DNA of 64,000 bases. Source: Macrostomum lignano (lineage: Eukaryota). How positions within the stretch are numbered: the first letter of the stretch is position 1; each line of letters opens with the position of its first letter. The translations under genes were made by a program, and so were the position numbers. Of the stretch, positions 10,555 to 20,700 are shown one piece after another. The stretch lies in contig NIVC01001060.1 of NCBI GenBank assembly GCA_002269645.1, positions 17,702-81,701 on the forward strand, written 5' to 3'. Under the pieces are notes generated by a model. The model searched no databases. It was not told where the DNA came from and worked only from the letters and a program-made list of their open reading frames with translations.

Positions 10555-11690
10555 GAGAATCGCACCAATCTACCCGGAGAATCACGCCAATCTACCCCGA
10601 GAATCACCCCAATCTACCCTGAGAATCACCCCAATCTACCCTGAGAATCACCCCAATCTACTCTGAGAATCACCTCAATTTACCCTGAGAATCAACCCCA
10701 ATCTACCCTGAGAATCACCCCCAATCTACCCTGAGAATCGCCCCAATCTACCCTGAGAATCACCCCAATCTACTCTGAGAATCGCCTCAATTTACCCTGA
10801 GAATCAACCCCAATCTACCCTGAGAATCAACCCCAATCTACCCTGAGAATCACCCCAATCTACTCTGAGAATCACCCCAATCTACCCTGAGAATCACCCC
10901 AATCTACCCTGAGAATCACTCCAATCTACCCTGAGAATCACCCCCAATCTACCCTGAGAATCGCCCCAATCTACCCTGAGAATCAACCCCAATCTACCCT
11001 GAGAATCGCCTCAATCTACCCTGAGAATCAACCCAAATCTACCCTGAGAATCACCCCAATCTACCCTGAGAATCACCCCCAATCTACCCTGAGAATCACC
11101 CCAATCTACTCTGAGAATCACCCCAATCTACCCTGAGAATCGCCCCAATCTACCATGAGAATCGCTCATTTGTCTACCTGAGAATCACCTGAATCTACCG
11201 GGAGAATCGCCCTAATCGACCCGGAGAATCGCTCATTTGTCTACCTGAGAATCGCTCATTTGTCTACCTGAGAATCGCTCATTTGTCTACCCTGAGAATC
11301 GCCCCAATCTACCCTGAGAATCGCCCCAATCTACCCTGAGAATCGCTCATTTGTCTACCTGAGAATCGCCCCAATCTACCCTGAGAATCGCTAATTTGTC
11401 TACCTGAGAATCGCCCCAATCTACCCTGAGAATCGCTCATTTGTCTACCTGAGAATCGCTCCAATCTACCCTGAGAATCGCCCCAATCTACCCGGAGAAT
11501 CGCTCATTTGTCTACCTGAGAATCACCTGAATCTACCGGGAGAATCGCCCTAATCGACCCGGAGAATCGCCCCAATCTACCCTGAGAATCGCTTATTTGT
11601 CTACCTGAGAATCGCCCCAATCTACCCGGAGAATCGCTCATTTGTCAACCTGAGAATCACCCCAATCTACTCTGAGAATCGCCCCAATCT
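10555..11690. repeat. ~20-23 bp minisatellite (CTACCCTGAGAATCACCCCAAT; second variant CTACCTGAGAATCGCTCATTTGT)
   Basis: Tandem units; the second variant appears only after ~11160. Confidence 0.95.
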
Positions 11691-12124
11691 CTTAAGGTAG
11701 CTCTCTTTTGAGCTATCTTTTTAGGTAGCTCATTAGCCTACCTAAAAACCGATTTTAAATCAATCCTGAGAATTGCTCCGAAACCGTTCTTAACATCGCT
11801 TATCAATTCATAATCGAGAATAGTTTTGTTATAACTGCATCTGATGTACGTCACGATCTATTTGCACTGTTTTCTTCGCAACGTATGCTTATTTATTAAC
11901 AAGGTCTTTTGAGTAATAACCACATTTTGGTTATTGTCAACATCTAATTGATTAGACAAATATATATATATCTCCCTCTTCATACAAAATCGGTTACGAG
12001 TATTGTTTATAAGTGGTGCAATTGATTTACCAGCTCTGGGCTCCACCTGACCCGAACTAAATGTAAATGACATGTTGTTTATCCACTGGTAGTGCTGCTT
12101 TTTCAGTTACTATTCATTGTGACC

Positions 12125-14220
12125 GTGTCAGTCGGGGTGCCAAATGGAGTGTCATATGGAGTGTCAAACGGGGTGCCAAATGGAGTGCCAAATGAAGTGC
12201 CAAATGGAATGTCAAACGGGGTATCAAATGGAGTGTCAAATGGAATGTCAAACGGGGTGTCAAATGGAGTGCCAAATAGAGTGCCAAATTGGGTGTCAAA
12301 TGGAGTGCCAAATAGAATTTCAAACGGGGTGTCAAATGGAGTGCCAAATGGAATGTCAAACTGGGTGTCAAATGGAGTGCCAAATGCGGTGTCAAATGGA
12401 GTGTCAAATGGAGTGCCAAATGGAATGTCAAACTGTGTGTCAAATGGAGTGCCAAATGAAGTGCCAAATAGAGTGCCAAATGGAATGTCAAACTGTGTGT
12501 CAAATGGAGTGCCAAATGGGGTGTCAAATGGAGTGTCAAATGGAGTGCCAAATGGAGTGCCAAATAGAGTGCCAAATAGAGTGCTAAATGGAATGTCAAA
12601 CTGGGTGTCAAATGGAGTGCCAAATGGGGTGTCAAATGGAGTGCCAAATGGAGTGCCAAACGGGGTGCCAAATAGAGTGCCAAATGGAATGTCAAATGGA
12701 GTGCCAAACGGAGTGCCAAATGGAGTGCCAAATGAAGTGCCAAATAGAGTGCCAAATGGAATGTCAAACTGGGTGTCAAATGGAGTGCCAAATGGAATGT
12801 CAAACTGGGTGTCAAATGGCGTGCCAAATGGAATGTCAAATGGAGTGCCAAATAGAATGTCAAACGGGGTGCCAAATGGAGTGCCAAATGGATTGCCAAA
12901 TGGGGTGTCAAATGGAATGTCAAATGGAGTGCCAAATGGAGTGCCAAATGGGGTGTCAAATGGAATGTCAAATGGAGTGCCAAATGGAATGTCAAACGGG
13001 GTGCCAAATGCAGTGCCAAATGGATTGCCAAATGGGGTGTCAAATGGAATGTCAAATGGGGTGTCAAATGGAGTGTCAAATGGATTGCCAAATGGAGTGC
13101 CAAATGGGGTGTCAAATGGAATGTCAAATGGAGTGCCAAATGGAATGCCAAACGGGGTGCCAAATGGAGTGCCAAATGGATTGCCAAATGGGGTGTCAAA
13201 TGGAATGTCAAATGGGGTGTCAAATGGAGTGTCAAATGGAGTGCCAAATGGAGTGCCAAATAGAGTGCCAAATGGAATGTCAAACTGGGTGTCAAATGGA
13301 GTGCCAAATGGGGTGTCAAATGGAGTGCCAAATGGAGTGCCAAACGGGGTGCCAAATAGATTGCCAAATGTAATGTCAAACTGGGTGTCAAATGGAGTGC
13401 CAAATGGGGTGTCAAATGGAGTGCCAAATGGAGTGCCAAACGGAGTGCCAAATGGAGTGCCAAATGAAGTGCCAAATAGAGTGCCAAATGGAATGTCAAA
13501 CTGGGTGTCAAATGGAGTGCCAAATGGAATGTCAAACTGGGTGTCAAATGGCGTGCCAAATGGAATGTCAAATGGAGTGCCAAATGGAATGTCAAATGGA
13601 GTGCCAAACGGAGTGCCAAATGGAGTGCCAAATGAAGTGCCAAATAGAGTGCCAAATGGAATGTCAAACTGGGTGTCAAATGGAGTGCCAAATGGAATGT
13701 CAAACTGGGTGTCAAATGGCGTGCCAAATGGAATGTCAAATGGAGTGCCAAATGGAATGTCAAATGGAGTGCCAAACGGAGTGCCAAATGGAGTGCCAAA
13801 TGAAGTGCCAAATAGAGTGCCAAATGGAATGTCAAACTGGGTGTCAAATGGAGTGCCAAATGGAATGTCAAACTGGGTGTCAAATGGCGTGCCAAATGGA
13901 GTGCCAAATGGAGTGCCAAATGGGGTGTCAAATGGAGTGCCAAATGGATTGCCAAATGGGGTGTCAAATGGAATGTCAAACGGGGTGTCAAATGGAGTGC
14001 CAAATGGAGTGCCAAATGGGGTGTCAAATGGAGTGCCAAATAGATTGCCAAATGGGGTGTCAAATGGAATGTCAAATGGGGTGTCAAATGGAGTGTCAAA
14101 CGGAGTGTTAAATGAAGTGCCAAATGGAGTGCCAAATGGGGTGTCAAATGGAGTGTCAAACGGAGTGTCAAATGAAGTGCCAAATGGAGTGCCAAATTGG
14201 GTGTCAAATGGAGTGTCAAA
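12125..14220. repeat. 12-bp minisatellite (GTGCCAAATGGA), about 175 copies, with no frameshifting indel
   Basis: Direct inspection; gives (V-P/S-N-G)n on + and (PFGT)n/(HLAL)n on -. Confidence 0.95.
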
Positions 14221-14782
14221 CAGTATGCGCGCTGCTGTCATTTGATGCCAATTGACACCATGCATATCAGGCGGGCATGTAGGTTGCAGCTGAGAAGCTA
14301 AAAGCATACTTCTGCCAACTCTATCAATTCCCACCTATGCTTCTAGGCACATTCTCAAGACAAAAATTGTCAGTCAGCAGCCTCAGAAAATGAATCGCTT
14401 CTAAAGCGAAATAAGCAATATTTATGATCTGAGCTGCTTTAGAAATGCTTGAGCCAGTCTGTCAAAGCCACCTGCAAGTTTTCCTAGCAGAGTTCAAGGC
14501 GCTGTCAACTTCATCATGGATGTTCCCAGCATCCTTGGAACAGGGAATTTAAGCATAGAGCCATGCCAGTCAAACATTCTGAAAACCTTTTTTTGCAGAC
14601 GGGGTAAGGCCTGAAGCGTAAAGCCTCTCAGTCCTTCTTGCTGTATTTTAACCAATCGGAGGTAAGACGCAACTGTAAACCTTTATAATGTATAAAATGG
14701 ATTGCTGTGGTCTCAAACTTGTTAACTTCAATCCTTGACCTGCAACGCCTATAGAAAGCTGAAGAAAGTTTGTCAATATATC

Positions 14783-15532
14783 ATGTCGACATTTAAACTA
14801 ATGTTGTTGCTTCTTCAAAGCGTTCTTAACAGCCTGTCGCTGCCAGCCCTGGCCCAGCTGTGCCCCTCGCCGTTCAGCCTTGAGGCCGGGAAGTGCATTT
14901 TCGTGAACAAGGTGAGAAGCTTCAGCTGGTGCGAGGCCAACCGGCAGTGCGCCATGATCGGAGGCGAGCTGCTCAACTCGTACAGCTCTCTGCAGCTGCT
15001 CAGCAGCATGCCGAGTTTCGCCTGCAGCTGCTACATTTGGTTTGGAGTGACCGACTTGGCTGATGAGAGATTCTCCAGCAGATCGGGCTGGCAATTGGTC
15101 AAGGGTAACGGCATCATGCCGCTGAATGACTCGCTATGGGCCACTTTATCCGAGCCAAACGAGAACACCTTTGAGAACTGCATCTTCCATGCATCCCATG
15201 GCAAAATCCACAACAATCCATGCGCAGCTGAGCGCGGGTTCGCTTGCGAGTGGACTCCGAGTGCCGCTCAGCCGCTGCCAACTGCTGCCTCGTGGAAGCT
15301 GGCTCCGTTCAAGCGGACCAGCTACCACGCCAGCACTGAGTACTGCTACTCTGACCTGACCAATGTTCACTCCGAGCTGGCTTGTGTCATGTCAGCTTTC
15401 AATTCTGGCAACTGCAGACACGTGCTGTACAACAGCAAGCTGAGAGCCTGCCGCCTGCTGCTGTTCACCGACGCTCAGGTGGAGGCGGAGATCGAGACGA
15501 GCGCCGACTGGGTCAAGTTCAGCGTGTATTGA
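14783..15532 (+). CDS. Secreted C-type lectin domain protein with a C-terminal degenerate PAN/apple-like domain (paralog A), intronless, 249 aa
   Basis: Hydrophobic leader from ATG 14783; C-P...GKC...SWCEANRQC..IGGEL, WFGVTD, EPN, NNPC...GFACE; then YC...SELAC...CRHVLYNSKLRACRL. Confidence 0.85.
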   Translation: MSTFKLMLLLLQSVLNSLSLPALAQLCPSPFSLEAGKCIFVNKVRSFSWCEANRQCAMIGGELLNSYSSLQLLSSMPSFACSCYIWFGVTDLADERFSSRSGWQLVKGNGIMPLNDSLWATLSEPNENTFENCIFHASHGKIHNNPCAAERGFACEWTPSAAQPLPTAASWKLAPFKRTSYHASTEYCYSDLTNVHSELACVMSAFNSGNCRHVLYNSKLRACRLLLFTDAQVEAEIETSADWVKFSVY

Positions 15533-15988
15533 ACAATATTGAAGCATTGAAGACGTGAGCAAATACTGAGCTTGAACTCTAATTATACAAACACTGATTT
15601 TTATCCAGAGGCGTCGCCACCGGGGGCAGGGGGGACATGTGACCCTCTTCAATAGAGTGCCTGCGGCGCTAAAATGACTCCAAAAATAATATGGGAATTT
15701 TTTCTTTACTTTCCTGGTTTTTGTTCCTGGTTTTTTCCTGGTTTTGTTCCCACACCATAAGAACCATATCATGGCGGCACTTCATGTTTTTGCAAGACGA
15801 TTTTTTTCTCTTAAAGCCAGTTATAATTATTTTTAGTTTGAAATCTAGCTTCTTGTATTTTTTTCTATTGTCTAAGCTGTCTGCACAAGGCCTATTCTAA
15901 CTGTTATACTGCATAGCACACTTCTACATGTACGAGCTACTTTGAGTTATTTTCATTTTCGAAGACAAATTATATCCATATCTCAACA

Positions 15989-16229
15989 GCAGTCACATTA
16001 ATTTGGGGCTAAATTGGAATCTCGGCTTGGCTCTGCTCGTGCAATCAGCGCCCAGCTTGAGAGCCAACCCCCAAGGCACAGTGACGTGTACATGCCTAAC
16101 GATAAATAAAATTAGGGTCGCTGTACACTCACGCGTGTGTGAGTGTGTGCCTGCTCAGGGGAGTCGGCGGAATGGGCAGCAGTAATGCCTCTCGCCGGTT
16201 GTGTGACAATGTCGCTTAAAGTGCGCCAG
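15989..16229 (+). mobile_element. Non-autonomous interspersed repeat, copy 1 (3'-truncated)
   Basis: Reverse-complement homology to 19043-19341 and 56235-56478. Confidence 0.8.
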
Positions 16230-16874
16230 TAAGCTGGTTTTGCGATATGCGGTTGGTCGCGCGCAGAACAAAAGAAATCAAGATACAATAAACGACTCAA
16301 CAGAATCAGCTGCTGCACGTACTACGAGGCTATAGCTATAATCGAATAAGCTATTTTCTGCTATTTTCATTTTCAGCAGCTGAAGACCCATTTGAGGGAT
16401 GAGTTTCAGCCAGCAGGGTTCATTGAGTAGTCTCTACCATGGTATTTAAAGCCCATTGCTAGAAAAGTAAAATTGATAGATGGTTTGATGCCAGGATTAG
16501 CTAATGCTTGCAGGAAGAGCATTCCATAATTTATTGATTTCAGTTTAACACTATTGAGGGTTTGGGTGGTTTTTCAAGCATAAAGATTGAATGGAATTAA
16601 TTACCTAATTTTGCGATATTGAATTTACTAGAAAGAAGAAACCTGCCGCTTTAAATTGACCCAAAAATTACGCGTCCGTTTTCGCTCTGGGATTAAAAGT
16701 GTCTGAACTTCCCGGACACATGAAAGACACCTGGACGTCCTACTCGAAGCGTGTTCAATGCAAGACTCTCCATCAAATCTGATTATGACTTATGGGGAAA
16801 TTGCTGAAATTCTGTGACTTACAAATTAGAACTCTGTTTCTTAATAATAATTAAATACACCTGCCCCAATTTGG

Positions 16875-17140
16875 CAGATGTGCAACCGACAGCTCAGCCG
16901 CAGCCATTGCGCGGCGCATCTGAAGGCTGCGTACGGCTGTTCAGTCCAAGGACTGGGGGGTCGCCACACAGCCTTAATTACCCCAGCTAATGCTGGCACC
17001 CATTTTACAGCTGGGTGAACTGAAGCAATGCAGAGTTAAGTGCCTTGCTCAAGGACACAAATTGTTCTGAGTGGGTCGAGAATCGAACCCGCGACCTTCA
17101 AGTCGTGAGTCAGACGCTCTGACCACTAGGCTAGAACACC
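16875..17140 (-). mobile_element. tRNA-derived CORE-like SINE, near full length
   Basis: Reverse complement has A/B boxes, GTGTCCTTGAGCAAGGCAC, CAGCTGTAAAATGGG and the same tail as 5536-5749. Confidence 0.85.
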
Positions 17141-17472
17141 TTAGTCTTTCTCCTACTATTTCTTAAGATATGAAAACTAACAGTTGTGACAGTACTGTCG
17201 AAATCGAAAGTCGAAATCTACAAGTAGTTGTTACATCTGATTTTTCCCGACAATGTGATCTGCTTGAGCACGTTAGTAAAATCCTATTTTACTCTGCTTT
17301 CCGTGTTTAAGTATATTTGAAAACTTATTTTTTATTCAAACTGAATTGATTTATCGCAGGTGTGGTAATTCTAATAAAGTTTTGTTAGCTAAGAGAAACA
17401 ATCAGGGTTTAAAAATTAGCGAAAAAATTTGAGGTAAATCATGTTGCGCAAAGATAAGGTTAAAAATTAAAA

Positions 17473-17590
17473 CCCCAGCTAATGCTGGCACCCATTTTAC
17501 AGCTAGGTGAACTGAAACAATGCAGAGTTGAGTGTGTCTTGCTCAAAGAGTGAGTCGAGAATCGAACCCGCGACCTTTCAATCGTGAGTT
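17473..17590 (-). mobile_element. Partial copy of the same SINE
   Basis: CCCCAGCTAATGCTGGCACCCATTTTACAGCT...GAGAATCGAACCCGCGACC shared with 16875-17140. Confidence 0.8.
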
Positions 17591-17738
17591 TCGATGACCC
17601 AATAAAAGCACTTGATATCTTAGTTATTCTGTTGGTCCACCATTAAATCCAGCGAAAGAACCTGCATGTAACTTTTCCGGTGTTAAAAATATTCACAACT
17701 AATTCACTGACACCCTTCTGAAACGAAAGTTCCAGAAA

Positions 17739-20700
17739 TTACTCGGTGAAGGTAACAGCAGTTGGTGCCTTATAATCTTTATTATAATCCGCATCAAATT
17801 CGTCCTCGCCATCCCGATAAGCCGCCGTTCCTACGGCGACAATTCCGCCAACCGTGCCTCGCCGCTTTCGCCGTCTCCTCGCCGAGCTGTTGCCGTCGGC
17901 GGCGGCGGCGGCAGCTCCGGCAGCTCCGGCGGTTGTCGACGCTCTGGACGACGACTTGCCAGTGGCTCCTCCGGCGCTGATTGGCGGCAGGCTGATCGGT
18001 CGAGAAGCCGCCCTTGAAGTGTCCCTAGTTGAAGGATCTTGCTGATGCTGCTGCCGGCTGTCGCTGGAGAAGTAGTAGGCAGCCACCGAGCCGCCGCTCA
18101 GTGGCGACGGCGAACGGAACATCCGCTCCGTGATGCCCAGCGGAGTTGGCGCGAACCCGCTGCGCATGCTGTTGTCCAGGGCTCGGGCCGCGATGCTGCG
18201 CCGGCGTTTCGCCGCGGCGACCGCCTCCTGCGACGCGGGGTCGAGGCTCAACTCACCGACCTGGTCGAGCAGTCGCTTTTGGTCGGCCTGTTCGCGTCGC
18301 TCCTGGGCGGCTCGCTTCTTCTCATCGTCGCGTAGCTGCACCCGGAGACTGCGCAGGCCTTTGGCCAGCATTCTGGATGAGGAAATTTGAATGTTGTTGT
18401 TATTCTGGGGGGAATACGTTGGACAATCCTAAGCGAAAAAAGTTCAGGAATCTCGTGGGATTTCCATCAATAAAGAGTCATGGAGTCGCAGGGGAATCCC
18501 GTAATTAAATAATCAGAGAATCCCAAGGGATTTCCATAATATAATGGGGGATTCCCAAGGGACTCCCGTAATTCAATAATGGGGGAATCCCAAGGGACTT
18601 CCGTACATATAATTCAATAATGTGGGAATCCCGAGGGACTCCCGTACATGTAATTCAATAATGGGGGAATCCCAAGGGACTCTCGTACATGTAATTCAAT
18701 AATGGGGGAATCCCGACGGACTCCCGTAATTCAATAATGGGGGAATCCCAAGGGACTTCCGTACATATAATTCAATAATGTGGGAATCCCGAGGGACTCC
18801 CGTACATGTAATTCAATAATGGGGGAATCCTAAGGGACTCTCGTACATGTAATTCAATAATGGGGGAATCCCGAGGGACTCCCGTAATTCAATAATGGGG
18901 GAATCCCAAGGGACTTCCGTACATATAATTCAATAATTTGGGAATCCCGAGGGACTCCCGTACATGTAATTCAATAATGGGGGAATCCCAAGGGACTCCC
19001 GAAATTCAATATTGGGGGAATCCCAAGGGAGTCCTTTTCAAACTAGAGGCAGGGGCTGTGTGCACCCTGGCGCACTTAAAGCGACATTGTCACACAACCG
19101 GCGAGAGGCATTGCTGCCCATTCCGCCGACTCCCCTGAGCAGGCACACAAGCGCGCGGATACGTACGCAGTCACGCGCACAGGCACACACTCACACAGGA
19201 GTGTACAGCGGCCCTAACTTTATTTATCGTTAGGCATGTACACTTCACTGTGCCTTGGGGGGTTGGCCCTCAAGCTGGGCGTTAATTGCACGAGCAGAGC
19301 CAAGCCGAGATTCCAATTTAGCTCCAAATTAATGTGACTGCACTGGGAATCGAGCTTGGGCCGCTGGCAGATCAGATGAACTCAAAAAAAATGTAAAAAT
19401 CCTACTGTGATCTCAGGGGATCCCTGTTTAAGCATTTAGAGAATCTCAGGTAAATCCCATTAGAAAAGAGAAGGGACTCGAGGGGGAAACCAACTGAAAA
19501 AGAAAAGTTCATGGCTAAAGCGAATCCTGAGTCAAATCCCACAGCCAGACTATAAATTGTTTATTAAACTTACTGATAGCTAATTTTTCCAGTCTTCTTA
19601 GGATCGATGCGTTGAGTCACTCTGAGCAGTTCCATCTCCGTCAGAGGCACCTTCATCCGCTGCATGTGCACAGTAGTCGTGTTGAATAAGTAATATTTGT
19701 ATGTATGTATATGAGCTTACATAAATAGAATCAACTCTATCGGGGTGGAAAATTATTGCGGAAATTGCGAATCCGTAATCCGTAATATTTTGCTGTTTAC
19801 TGACCACTGACCTCGATATGTGATCCCCATTCTCTCTCGCACCCCTGCTCTACCTCTCTCCATTCTCTCTCGCATCCCTGCTCTACCTCTCTCCATTCTC
19901 TCTCGCATCCCTGCTCTACCTCTCTCCATTCTCTCTCACATCCCTGCTCTACCTCTCTCCATTCTCTCTCACATCCCTGCTCTACCTCTCTCCATTCTCT
20001 CTCACATCCCTGCTCTACCTCTCTCCATTCTCTCTCGCATCCCTGCTCCACCTCTCTCCATTCTCTCTCGCATCCCTGCTCCACCTCTCTCCATTCTCTC
20101 TCGCATCCCTGCTCCACCTCTCTCCATTCTCTCTCGCATCCCTGCTCCACCTCTCTCCATTCTCTCACTAGCTTCCTCTCATTATCTCCCTCTGCCTCTC
20201 TTTCTACCTCTCCCCCTCTTTCTCACTTTCTCCCTTTCACCCACTCTCCCACTTTCCTCTCCTTCTCTCCTCTTCTCTCTCCCTCCTTCTCTTTCCTATC
20301 CAGCTCATTAACTCGTTACTCTATTAATTAAAAGTTCAATATTCAGCGATTCAGGATTGCACGAGTATTTAAAACGATATGAATCGATAATACACCTCAC
20401 AGCTTAGTAACCAATGACGCCTCTCGCTCACCTTCAGACTCCTGATGAATTTGGACCTACTGCAGAACTGCTTATTGTCCTTGTCAATCATTCGGTACAG
20501 ATCCACAATTCGAATCGCTCTACTACTTAAAAAATCGAATAACAACTTGAGCGGGTCTTCTTTGGCCTCTGGAAAAGTGTAATTTAATTTGAGAAAGTCA
20601 GGGCTGCTGTACACCCAGAAAAGTACCCATTCAATCTGAAAATACACCTTCAATTCATAAAATACTATTTTAACCGGAAAATACCTCTTTCAATCGAAAA

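Noticed and set aside
14783-15532. Diversity-generating retroelement (C-type lectin target plus near-identical repeat)
   Set aside because: No reverse transcriptase, no adenine-specific mismatch pattern, and the shared tract lies in a paralogous gene in a eukaryotic context
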